NCBI GenBank assembly: GCA_002449145.1
Contig: DKCG01000041.1
Location: forward strand, 37,791 to 101,790
Length of the DNA: 64,000 nucleotides
Source of the DNA: Christensenella sp. UBA6880
GTDB lineage: Bacteria; Bacillota; Clostridia; Christensenellales; CAG-917
Reading direction: 5' to 3'
Position 1 is the first letter of the stretch. Every line of letters begins with the position of its first letter. The position numbers and the translations under genes are program-made. This document shows, piece after piece, positions 30,561-39,002 of the stretch. Under the pieces are notes generated by a model, which made no database searches, was not told where the DNA came from, and saw nothing but the letters and a program-made list of their open reading frames with translations.

Positions 30561-30603
30561 ATTCGTTGTCAGATTGTCGATTTTTATAGTTTTGTTGGAT
30601 TAT

Positions 30604-31101
30604 TTATTTATTGTTTTCACCGTTGTTTGCGATTTCTTTTATCAGAAGCACGAGATAATCGTCGGGCGCAAACAAAAGTCGTTTTTTCTCGTTGTCGACT
30701 TTGAAAACTATTTGCCATACGCCGCTCTCGTACGCTTTCGAGGCGCAGAGTAAATCGGATTTTTCGTCGTATACGTCGTTCATTATCTCGAAGCCGCAAA
30801 CGTCTTTCCAAAGCAAATCGAGATACACTCGTTGTCTGTTCACAACGTCTTTTTCGATAACTTTCAATCTCGACGGCGAAAACTCGTAGGTGTACTCTTT
30901 TGCGGTTTTGTTGTAAAAGTGTATGCAGACCGCGCCGCCTACGAGCAACGCCGCAAAGCCGAACATAAAATACCAACTGTAAAACGCCGAAATCAGTATG
31001 AATCCGAGCGAGGCGAGAATCATAGTTATACCCGCCCATTGCAGTTGGCGCATTTTTTGCGACACTTCTACGTCGATTGTTTGCGAATAGTGGTCAGTCA
31101 T
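30604..31101 (-). CDS. hypothetical small membrane protein (two TM helices plus a ~90-aa soluble beta-rich C-terminal domain)
   Basis: 165 aa. TM helices ITMILASLGFILISAFY and FMFGFAALLVGGAVCIHF. The ATG lies 1 nt after the mutS2 TGA (TGAtATG), implying translational coupling. No family recognised. Confidence 0.6.
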   Translation of the reverse strand: MTDHYSQTIDVEVSQKMRQLQWAGITMILASLGFILISAFYSWYFMFGFAALLVGGAVCIHFYNKTAKEYTYEFSPSRLKVIEKDVVNRQRVYLDLLWKDVCGFEIMNDVYDEKSDLLCASKAYESGVWQIVFKVDNEKKRLLFAPDDYLVLLIKEIANNGENNK

Positions 31102-31102
31102 A

Positions 31103-33151
31103 TCACTTCACCTTGAAATAGTCGTCTTTTTTGACTTTCGTCGTGAGTTTTCCAAAGGAAACGACCGCTTCGCCGCGCTGATTCACGGACGTGAGTTTGC
31201 CCTTCTTTTGCAAGGATTTGACAAAGACGTTATCGCCGATTTTCAAAGGCGAATTGTCGGGAACGTCCTCGACGACCGCTTCTTTTTCGTAATTTGCGGA
31301 CATATTTTCGAGTTGCTTTTTGAGTTTTCTCGCCTCGAACAAATCCTTGTCTTCGACTTCGGGCTTGTTGAGAATATCCTTTAATTGCGCAAGAATATCG
31401 TTTGCTTCTTCAACGCTGTTTTCGATGAGACGTTTGGTTTCCTTGCGTATGCTCTCGTCGAGTTTTTCGCGCTTTTCTTCGATACGTTTCTTCTCGATTT
31501 CGGCGTCTTTCAACGCTTTTGCGGCGTTCTCTCTGTCAATCGACGCTTCGCTCACGAGTTCGGCGGCTTTCATTCTCGTCTTTTCCGCCGCTGTCAAAAC
31601 GTTGTCGAATTGACGTTTTTCAACGGATATTTTGCTCTTTGCGTTTTCGATAATCTCGTCCGAAAGCCCGAGTTTCTTTGCAATGGCGAGCGCGTTCGAC
31701 GAACCTATCGCGCCCATAACGAGTTTGTAGGTCGGACAGAACGTGTTGCTGTCAAATTCCATAGAAGCCGCAACGACGCCTTTCGTCACGAGAGAAAACT
31801 CTTTGAGGTCGTTAAAGTGCGACGTGATAAACGCTTTTGCGCCGACTTTGAGCAAGTATTCGGCGATACTTATGGCAAGCGCCGCACCCTCACCGGGGTC
31901 GGTACCTGCGCCGAGTTCGTCGAACAAAACGAGGGATTTGGACGTGATAACGTTCAAAATGCCAATCGTATTCTTGATATGCGACGAGAACGTGGACAAA
32001 CTTTGTTCAATGCTCTGCTCGTCGCCTATGTCGCTGTACACACCGTCGAAAACGGACAAGTTTGCGCTCTTTGCGGGGATAAACAATCCGCTCATTGCCA
32101 TAATCGTAAACAGACCGACAAGTTTGAGCGTAACGGTTTTTCCGCCCGTATTCGGGCCCGTAATCAACAGCATTTTTTCGTCTTTTTCAAGAGCGAGCGA
32201 CACGGGAACGACTTTTTTGCCGTCGATAAGCGGGTGTCTGCCCGCGCGGATATTGATTATTCCCGCTTCGTTGAGTTCGGGTTTCACCGCCTTGTACTCT
32301 CTTGCGAGTTGCGCTTTTGCAAACACCATATCCATATCGACGACGGTGTTGTAACTGTAAGTTATGCCGTCCGCGCAACTTTCGATTTGATTTGAAAAAC
32401 CTCTCAAAATCCTTTCGATTTCGAGTTGTTCGTTGACGAGTTCGACTTTTAGTTCGTTGTTGAGTTCGACAATTTGCATAGGTTCGACAAATAGCGTCGA
32501 ACCCGAAGCGGATTGGTCGTGAACGAGCCCGGGGATAGTGCCTTTGCAGTCGCTTTTTACGGGTATGACGTACCTATCGCCGCGCACGGTTATGATGTTG
32601 TCTTGCAAATACTTCGAGTACTGCGGCGAAGTTATGAAAAGTTGAAGTTTGCTTCTTACGTTGTCGTTGAGTTTGCGAATACGAATACGAATCGCGCGCA
32701 ACTCGTTCGAGGCGTTGTCGGCAACTTCCGTTTCACTCAAAAACGCGTCAAAAATCTTTTTTTCGAGGGTTTCGTTCTCGAACAGTCCCATTGCCATACC
32801 TGCAAGTATCGGGCAATCTTTCACCTTGTCGATAGAGTATTTAAGCCTTCTCGACACGCGAAGCGACCTTCCGACCTTCATAATTTCGGGGATCGCGAGC
32901 GTTGCGCCCTTTTTTGCCTTCACAAGAATCTCGCTTATGTCGTCAACTGCGAAATTCGGCGATAAGGAGTACTCGAAAAGCACTCTGTCCGCTTCCGCCG
33001 TTTCGTCGAGAGCGGCGTTTGCGTCCGCGATTTTTTCGAACGGGACAAGCGACCTTGCCTTATCTTTTCCGCCTTGCGATTGCGCAAACGAGGCAAGTCT
33101 GTCGAGAATTTTGGGATATTCGAGCGTATTCAAACTCTTTTGATCAAACAT
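31103..33151 (-). CDS. mutS2: endonuclease MutS2 homolog lacking the C-terminal Smr domain
   Basis: 682 aa. Walker A GPNTGGKTVTLK, DELGAGTDP, long coiled coil, KOW-like end (GDNVFVKSLQKKGKL...). It stops before any LDLRG/HGKG Smr motifs. Confidence 0.9.
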   Translation of the reverse strand: MFDQKSLNTLEYPKILDRLASFAQSQGGKDKARSLVPFEKIADANAALDETAEADRVLFEYSLSPNFAVDDISEILVKAKKGATLAIPEIMKVGRSLRVSRRLKYSIDKVKDCPILAGMAMGLFENETLEKKIFDAFLSETEVADNASNELRAIRIRIRKLNDNVRSKLQLFITSPQYSKYLQDNIITVRGDRYVIPVKSDCKGTIPGLVHDQSASGSTLFVEPMQIVELNNELKVELVNEQLEIERILRGFSNQIESCADGITYSYNTVVDMDMVFAKAQLAREYKAVKPELNEAGIINIRAGRHPLIDGKKVVPVSLALEKDEKMLLITGPNTGGKTVTLKLVGLFTIMAMSGLFIPAKSANLSVFDGVYSDIGDEQSIEQSLSTFSSHIKNTIGILNVITSKSLVLFDELGAGTDPGEGAALAISIAEYLLKVGAKAFITSHFNDLKEFSLVTKGVVAASMEFDSNTFCPTYKLVMGAIGSSNALAIAKKLGLSDEIIENAKSKISVEKRQFDNVLTAAEKTRMKAAELVSEASIDRENAAKALKDAEIEKKRIEEKREKLDESIRKETKRLIENSVEEANDILAQLKDILNKPEVEDKDLFEARKLKKQLENMSANYEKEAVVEDVPDNSPLKIGDNVFVKSLQKKGKLTSVNQRGEAVVSFGKLTTKVKKDDYFKVK

Positions 33152-33182
33152 AACTTCACTTATATTTCATTATCTTCCGCCC

Positions 33183-33210
33183 AAAACCGACGAAGCGTAA
33201 TGCCTCGTCG
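33183..33210 (-). terminator. intrinsic terminator after pheT
   Basis: On the - strand: CGACGAGGC-ATTAC-GCTTCGTCG (9 bp, one G-U) followed by GTTTTGG. Lies 22 nt after the pheT stop. Confidence 0.6.
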
Positions 33211-33231
33211 ATTTGCGGTTTTATATCGATT

Positions 33232-35631
33232 TTATCTGATTTTTGCGCCGACTTTGCGTTTGAGTGCGGACAAAATCTTTGCCATTTCGGCGGCGATTTC
33301 GTCGTCGGTGAGTGTACGTTCGAGCGATGAGAACGCAAAACTCATTGCAACGCTCTTTTTATTCTTACCGATTTGCTCGCTCTTGTATTCGTCGAACACT
33401 TTAACGTCGGTGAGGAATTTGATTTTCGTGCCTTTAACTGCGTCTACTATGTCTTGCGCAAGCACGTTATCGTCAACGACGACTGCGAGGTCGCGGTCGA
33501 TATTCGGGAATTTTCCGAACGGAACGCATTTGCTCTTTTCAAGGCTTTCGCTGTTGAAAATGCGGTCAATCGAGATTTCCGCAACATAGATTCTCGTATT
33601 GTCAACGCCGTAGTTCTTTTGAACGTCGGGATGCAATTCGCCGAGATAACCTACGCTCTTGCCGTTTACGAACACTTCCGCGCTTCTGCCCGGGTGTAAG
33701 AACGGCTTGTTTGCTCTTGCGTATTTTACGTCGATATGCAACGCTCTGAACACTTGCTCGATTGCGCCTTTAAGTTCGAAATAATCCGCTCCGTCGCCGT
33801 ATTCGCCGATGCAAAGTCTGCATTCTTCGTTCGGCAATTCTTCGAGCGGAAGGCTCTTTGGCAAGTATACGTTCGCAACCTCGAAAAGTCTTGCGCTCTT
33901 GTTGAAGTGGGTTGCGTTGTAAACGAGCGTTTCGATCATACTGTGCGTAAGCGTCGTACGCATAACGCTGAGTGCCTCGCCGAGCGGATTTTTGAGGCGG
34001 ATTGCGTTTCTTGCCTCGTCGTTCTCGTCGAGATTCAAAAGCGTTGCGAATTTCGGCGACGTGAACGAGTATGTCACGCTTTCCATAAGTCCGCACGCAC
34101 GCAAGGTATCTTTCACGACGTTCACGAACTTGTTTTTGTCGGGAAGTCCGCCCTCTGCAAGTCCCGCAAACTCGAACAAAGTCGGTTTGATATGCGAATA
34201 TCCGTAAACGCGGATAAATTCTTCTGCAATATCATTCACGCCGACGATGTCTTCTCTGTCCTCTTTCACGAGCGCGACGAGAGTTTTTCCGTCCTCTCTG
34301 ACCTCGATTCCGAGACGAGCGAGTATGGAAATAAGCGTTTTTTTAGGCACTTTGCAGCCGAGAATTTCTTGTATTTTCTTGGTTGTGAACGGAATTTCTC
34401 TGAGGGATTGATAATCCACTTTTACGTCGATAAGACCGTCTACGATGTCGCCCGAGCCGCTTTGATACACGAGGGTCAAAGCACGTTTGATTCCGTATTC
34501 TTGCGAAGCGAAATCAATGCCTTTTTCAAATCTTGCCGAACTGTCCGAGCGAAGATTGAGTGCGCGAGATGTACGGCGCACGTTGTCGCGAGCAAACTTT
34601 GCCGCCTCGAAAACGACTTCGTTCGTGTCGTCTTGAATACCGCTGTTTGCGCCGCCCATTATGCCTGCAACGGCAACGGGTCTGTCGCTGTCGCAAATGA
34701 CGAGCATACTCGGATCGAGTTTGTTTTCTTTTCCGTCGAGAGTTACGATAACTTCGCCTTCTTTTGCATTGCGCACGACGATTTTGTCGCCCGTAAGTTC
34801 TCTCTTGTCGAACGAGTGCATCGGTTGACCGATTTCGATAAGAACGTAGTTGGTGATGTCGACGATGTTGTTTATCGGACGAATACCCACCGCTCTCAAT
34901 CTCGATTTAATCGTTTGCGAGGACGGGAAAATTTTGATATTCTTCACGCCTGCCGCCATATATCTGGGGCAAAGTTCTTGATTTTGCACGTCAACGCTGA
35001 CCATATCGGTGACTTTTGCGCCGCAAGAGCAAACTTTATAGTCGATGACGGGTTCTCTGCAATCGGTGTTGAGCGCAACCGCGACTTCTTTTGCCATTTT
35101 GTAAATGCTGTTGCAGTCGGGACGATTTGCCGTGACGCTCACGTCGAGGATAATATCGTCGTATTCGAGTGCTTTGAGCGCGTTTTGACCGAGCGTCGTG
35201 CCCTCTGCAAAGCGAATGATGTCGCCCGTCTTTTGATTTTGTACGTCGTCCTCGGTTACGCCGACTTCTTCGAGACCGCAAAGCATACCCTCGCTGACGA
35301 CGCCTCTGAGTTCGCCTTTCTTGATGTCGTGACCGTCCGCAAGGTGCGCGCCGTCAAGCGCGACCGCAATGGTTTCGCCGCCCTCTACGGGAACGTTGGT
35401 CACGACTTGAATGGTCTTTGAACCGATATCGATTTGAGTTACACGCAAACGGTCGGCGTTCGGGTGTTTTTCGACCTTGACGATTTTTCCGACGACGACG
35501 TTTGTCGCTTGTTTTTCTTGATAAATAATATCTTCGACTTCAAAACCGATTCCGACGAGTTTTTTTGCGAGAGTCGGGATTGAAACGTTGATGTCCACGT
35601 AATCTTTAAGCCAGGAAATAGGAACTAACAT
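33232..35631 (-). CDS. pheT: phenylalanine--tRNA ligase beta subunit
   Basis: 799 aa. N-terminal tRNA-binding (OB) domain, B3/4 and B5 domains, FDX-ACB C-terminus. Follows pheS. Confidence 0.96.
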   Translation of the reverse strand: MLVPISWLKDYVDINVSIPTLAKKLVGIGFEVEDIIYQEKQATNVVVGKIVKVEKHPNADRLRVTQIDIGSKTIQVVTNVPVEGGETIAVALDGAHLADGHDIKKGELRGVVSEGMLCGLEEVGVTEDDVQNQKTGDIIRFAEGTTLGQNALKALEYDDIILDVSVTANRPDCNSIYKMAKEVAVALNTDCREPVIDYKVCSCGAKVTDMVSVDVQNQELCPRYMAAGVKNIKIFPSSQTIKSRLRAVGIRPINNIVDITNYVLIEIGQPMHSFDKRELTGDKIVVRNAKEGEVIVTLDGKENKLDPSMLVICDSDRPVAVAGIMGGANSGIQDDTNEVVFEAAKFARDNVRRTSRALNLRSDSSARFEKGIDFASQEYGIKRALTLVYQSGSGDIVDGLIDVKVDYQSLREIPFTTKKIQEILGCKVPKKTLISILARLGIEVREDGKTLVALVKEDREDIVGVNDIAEEFIRVYGYSHIKPTLFEFAGLAEGGLPDKNKFVNVVKDTLRACGLMESVTYSFTSPKFATLLNLDENDEARNAIRLKNPLGEALSVMRTTLTHSMIETLVYNATHFNKSARLFEVANVYLPKSLPLEELPNEECRLCIGEYGDGADYFELKGAIEQVFRALHIDVKYARANKPFLHPGRSAEVFVNGKSVGYLGELHPDVQKNYGVDNTRIYVAEISIDRIFNSESLEKSKCVPFGKFPNIDRDLAVVVDDNVLAQDIVDAVKGTKIKFLTDVKVFDEYKSEQIGKNKKSVAMSFAFSSLERTLTDDEIAAEMAKILSALKRKVGAKIR

Positions 35632-35640
35632 ATTCGCACC

Positions 35641-36660
35641 TCAGTTGAATTGTTTGAGAAAACGCACGTCGTTTTCGTAGAGCATTTTGATGTTGGGAAT
35701 GCCGTATTTTATCATAGCGATACGGTCGATACCGAATCCGAACGCAAAGCCGCTGTATACGCTGCTGTCTATGCCGCACATATCGAGGACGTGCGGATTG
35801 ACGATACCTGCGCCGAGAATCTCGACCCAACCCGTGCCCTTGCAGACTCTGCAACCTTTTCCGTGGCACATAGAGCAAGTGACGTCAACCTCGACGGACG
35901 GCTCTGTGAACGGGAAATACGACGGGCGAAGTCTGACTTTGGTATCTTTCGAGAAAAGTTTTTCCGCAAACGTTTGCAAGCAACCTTGCAAATCGCCCAT
36001 AGTGATGTGTTTGTCGATTGCGAGTCCCTCGAATTGATTGAAAATCGGGCTGTGGGACGCGTCGTCGTCGCTTCTGTACACCTTGCCGGGTGAAATTATG
36101 CGGATAGGCGGCTCGCCCGCTTGCATAACGCGCGCTTGAACTGCGGAAGTTTGCGTGCGAAGCACGATGTTGTCGTTGATATAGAAAGTGTCCTGCATAT
36201 CGCGTGCCGGATGGTCCTTGGGTACGTTGAGAAGTTGGAAATTATACAAATCGCTTTCGATTTCGGGACCTTCCACGACGGAGAATCCCATAACAGAGAA
36301 AATATCGATAAGTTCTCTCGTGATGAGCGTGAGAGGATGCAAAGTGCCGAGATTCTCGCGGTTAGACGGCAAAGTAACGTCGATTTCCTCTGCTTTGAGG
36401 CGAGCAAGTTTTTCTTGCTCTACAACTTGTTCCGTCTTTAGATTGAGCACTGTTTCGACTGCCGAGCGCAATTCGTTGACGAGTTTGCCCATCATCGGAC
36501 GTTCCTCTTTGGGTACGTTTGCCATATCTCTCATAAGCATAGAGATTTCGCCGCTTTTGCCGAGATATTTGACTCTGACGTCGTTGAGATCCTGCGACGT
36601 TTGAGCCTTCTCGATCATTTCAAGAGCGGCGTTTTTGATAGCGTCCATTTTTTCTTTCAT
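35641..36660 (-). CDS. pheS: phenylalanine--tRNA ligase alpha subunit
   Basis: 339 aa. Class II core with HPARDMQDTFY and GFAFGFGIDRIAM motifs. AGGAG SD. Confidence 0.97.
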   Translation of the reverse strand: MKEKMDAIKNAALEMIEKAQTSQDLNDVRVKYLGKSGEISMLMRDMANVPKEERPMMGKLVNELRSAVETVLNLKTEQVVEQEKLARLKAEEIDVTLPSNRENLGTLHPLTLITRELIDIFSVMGFSVVEGPEIESDLYNFQLLNVPKDHPARDMQDTFYINDNIVLRTQTSAVQARVMQAGEPPIRIISPGKVYRSDDDASHSPIFNQFEGLAIDKHITMGDLQGCLQTFAEKLFSKDTKVRLRPSYFPFTEPSVEVDVTCSMCHGKGCRVCKGTGWVEILGAGIVNPHVLDMCGIDSSVYSGFAFGFGIDRIAMIKYGIPNIKMLYENDVRFLKQFN

Positions 36661-36714
36661 AACAACTCCTAAATTCTTCGCACGCGTAGTGCGCGCACGC
36701 TAAATATATAAAAA

Positions 36715-36743
36715 ATAATAACAATATAAGAACGATAAGTCAA
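36715..36743 (-). promoter_or_regulatory. sigma-A type promoter of pheST
   Basis: - strand: TTGACT (36743-36738), 17-nt spacer, TATTAT (36720-36715). Predicted +1 near 36708, giving a 48-nt leader. Confidence 0.55.
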
Positions 36744-37000
36744 CAAAATGTGCCAAAACGGTGTCGAAACGTCGAAAAATTGTGTCAAAATGCCGTCATA
36801 GCACAAACAAAAAATGCTAAAACGCCGACATAGCCACAATCAAAATATGTTATATTGCTTTCAACGCGTCAAAAACTCTTTTAATCGGCACAAAAACAAT
36901 AAAAATAACGTATGAATTGCAATCCACATTTGCCAAACAGCAAAAAGCAAGCAAAATCACAGCAAACCATTGCAATATCATATGCAATTTCATAAAGCAA

Positions 37001-38377
37001 TCACTTCTTCACTATGACGGTTACGTCGAGCGGCTTGTTTGCAAGTCGAATATATTTAGTTCCCTCGATTCGAGTGCTTCCGAGATATATTTTCGTATCG
37101 TCGCCGCGTTTTATGTGCATATTATGCTTTACGCCGTTGTTTGAAAACACGACGTCCGCGCTGTCGATATTGTCGGGCAAATGCGGCGATATGCGCAACA
37201 CGTCGCCGAACGTGGAAATTCCGAAATTCAAATTATCAAACTTGTATATAGGCTCAAAAGTATTCTCAAAATCGACTAATTTTGAAATACTTTTGTTCTC
37301 TTTCGTTGATTTCTTGTCGAAAAACACTCGCATAAAGAAATCCGAACTCAACGCCGCGCCGAGCATTGAGATGTCCTTTTTGTGAGAAAGAATACAAATC
37401 GATTTATTGAAAAAATCCGCCTTTTTCACTTTGCTATGCCCTGCCGACGCACTTTGCATATACTTCTCGACTCGGATTGCATACATAAACTCGTCGAGGT
37501 TTTCCTTTTCGCTCAAACTGCTTGCAAGCGACAAAAAGCCGAATTTTTGATTTTCGGTCGCATTTTCAAAACAATCGAATTTATCGTATATTTCGAGCGG
37601 CGTATAGTATCTCGAAAAATCGAAATTCAGCACGGATTCCGCACTGTCGCAAAGTCTCGAATAGGTCATATACAAACCGTCGATAACGCCGTCGAGGCTC
37701 TCTTTGTCCTTCTTTTGATAATTCGATTCGAGCATACAGAGTTCTAAAAACAGTTTCGATTTTGAAAAACTTTTGTATTTTTTGTTATCGAACGCCATTC
37801 CGTTGTCTTTAACGTATTTTTTTGCAAGATTCATCGCCTTTGCAACCGTATTCAAGTTTTCGAGAACGAAATAGATTTTTTCGAGAATAACATACAAAAA
37901 CGCTTCTTTCATCGTCGTTATCTCGGCAAAAGTCAGCGTTTTTAGCCTATTATGTTCGTTTGCAAGCGTTTTGAATCTGTCCTCGACGAAAATCCAGCCC
38001 GTAGAAGCGAGGCAAAATCTTGCAAGTTCCACCGCTCTCGGCTTGCCGTTTACGCTCGGATTGTCGCAAAGCGCGACGAAATCTATTTTGCAAATTTTAT
38101 CGACAATCTGCCTATCCTCGCAAAACGTCGAGAATATCCCTTTATATTTTTTGTTTTTCAACTTGAAAAGCAGCCGTTTTATATGCCTTTTGTACTTTTT
38201 GTCCTCGATTTCGCTTCCCTTGTCGGGCGATTGAAAATCGAATACGAGAAGTTTGGATTTTCCCTCGTACTCGGCGTTCGTAAGCACGGGAAAATACACC
38301 TCTTTGGGATTCTTTTTCAAAATCATATATACGATGAAAAACACCGTAACGACCAATATCGTCAATGCGTACGCCAT
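37001..38377 (-). CDS. hypothetical membrane-anchored protein (orphan, AT-rich)
   Basis: 458-aa ORF with one N-terminal TM (ALTILVVTVFFIVYMIL) followed by KKNPKE. Sampled 60-nt windows are 28-42% GC versus about 50% in pheS. No catalytic motif recognised. Confidence 0.6.
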   Translation of the reverse strand: MAYALTILVVTVFFIVYMILKKNPKEVYFPVLTNAEYEGKSKLLVFDFQSPDKGSEIEDKKYKRHIKRLLFKLKNKKYKGIFSTFCEDRQIVDKICKIDFVALCDNPSVNGKPRAVELARFCLASTGWIFVEDRFKTLANEHNRLKTLTFAEITTMKEAFLYVILEKIYFVLENLNTVAKAMNLAKKYVKDNGMAFDNKKYKSFSKSKLFLELCMLESNYQKKDKESLDGVIDGLYMTYSRLCDSAESVLNFDFSRYYTPLEIYDKFDCFENATENQKFGFLSLASSLSEKENLDEFMYAIRVEKYMQSASAGHSKVKKADFFNKSICILSHKKDISMLGAALSSDFFMRVFFDKKSTKENKSISKLVDFENTFEPIYKFDNLNFGISTFGDVLRISPHLPDNIDSADVVFSNNGVKHNMHIKRGDDTKIYLGSTRIEGTKYIRLANKPLDVTVIVKK

Positions 38378-38441
38378 ACGGCGATTATTGCCATATTTTG
38401 CTCGAAATAGTAATTCTAAATCAACATATTTTCAAATTCGG

Positions 38442-38470
38442 TTGCAAAATATCGTCATTTGTGCTTTAAT
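38442..38470 (+). promoter_or_regulatory. promoter of rnpB
   Basis: TTGCAA (38442-47), 17-nt spacer, TTTAAT (38465-70). Predicted +1 = 38477, which is the first G of the P1 helix. Confidence 0.6.
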
Positions 38471-38476
38471 CTTAAT

Positions 38477-38796
38477 GCGAGTTAGCCGAACGGTCGCGTG
38501 AAATATTGAGGAAAGTCCGAGCATCACAGGGCAAGGGTGCCGGGTAACTCCCGGTGAAGGCGACTTCAAGGACAGTGCAACAGAAAAAAACCGCCGCGTA
38601 TGCGGTAAGGATGGAAAGGCGAGGCAAGAGCTCACCCGCAATTTGGCGACAATGCGCGATGTAAACCCCACTCGATGCAAGATCGGGAGTACGAAATGCG
38701 GCCCGCAAACTCCCCACATCGCTTGAAACGTGCAGAAATGTACGTTGTAGATAGATGACCGTTTAAGACAGAACTCGGCTTACAGACTATCTCGCA
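38477..38796 (+). ncRNA. rnpB: RNase P RNA (bacterial, type A-like)
   Basis: Universal motifs GAGGAAAGTCCGAGC (38508-22) and ACAGAACTCGGCTTA (38768-82). P1 pairing GCGAG (38477-81) with CTCGC (38791-95). GGTAACTCCCGG and AGGACAGTGCAACAGAAA blocks. Confidence 0.9.
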
Positions 38797-38801
38797 AAAT
38801 G

Positions 38802-38832
38802 AAAAAAGAAGGCGCAAGAGCCTTCTTTTTTC
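38802..38832. terminator. bidirectional intrinsic terminator (rnpB on +, recN on -)
   Basis: AAAAAA-GAAGGC-GCAAGA-GCCTTC-TTTTTT, with A- and T-runs on either side. Confidence 0.8.
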
Positions 38833-38871
38833 TTCTATTTGATTATGTTTTTCTTCTAATTGATTATGTTT
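38830..38871. repeat. tandem 21-bp duplication in the recN 3' region
   Basis: TTCTTCTATTTGATTATGTTT (38830-50) and TTCTTCTAATTGATTATGTTT (38851-71), 20/21 identical. Followed by two TTTAGATTTAT copies. Confidence 0.85.
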
Positions 38872-39002
38872 ATTTTAGATTTATTTGTACTTAGTTTAGA
38901 TTTATATATTTGTCAGATTGCACGATACGTTTTGACGTAATTGCGACTATTGCGGCGTAATCTATCTTATTTGCATTTCAAATAATGCGGCAAGATTGCG
39001 GA

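Noticed and set aside
33736-35421. Very long antisense ORFs opposite real genes: 33736-35421 (561 aa), 47080-48324, 52472-53671, 57572-58618, 22040-23098, 31385-32395, 28465-29406, 8153-9148, 4167-5198, 1928-2953, 43324-44016, 60592-61413
   Set aside because: Each lies fully within a well-supported conserved gene on the other strand. They have Arg/Phe/Val/His-rich low-information sequences and no family motifs. This is the typical stop-codon-poor antisense frame of purine-rich coding strands.
36661-37000. T-box riboswitch upstream of pheS
   Set aside because: No T-box core sequence, specifier-loop architecture or terminator/antiterminator pair is visible. The predicted leader is only about 48 nt.
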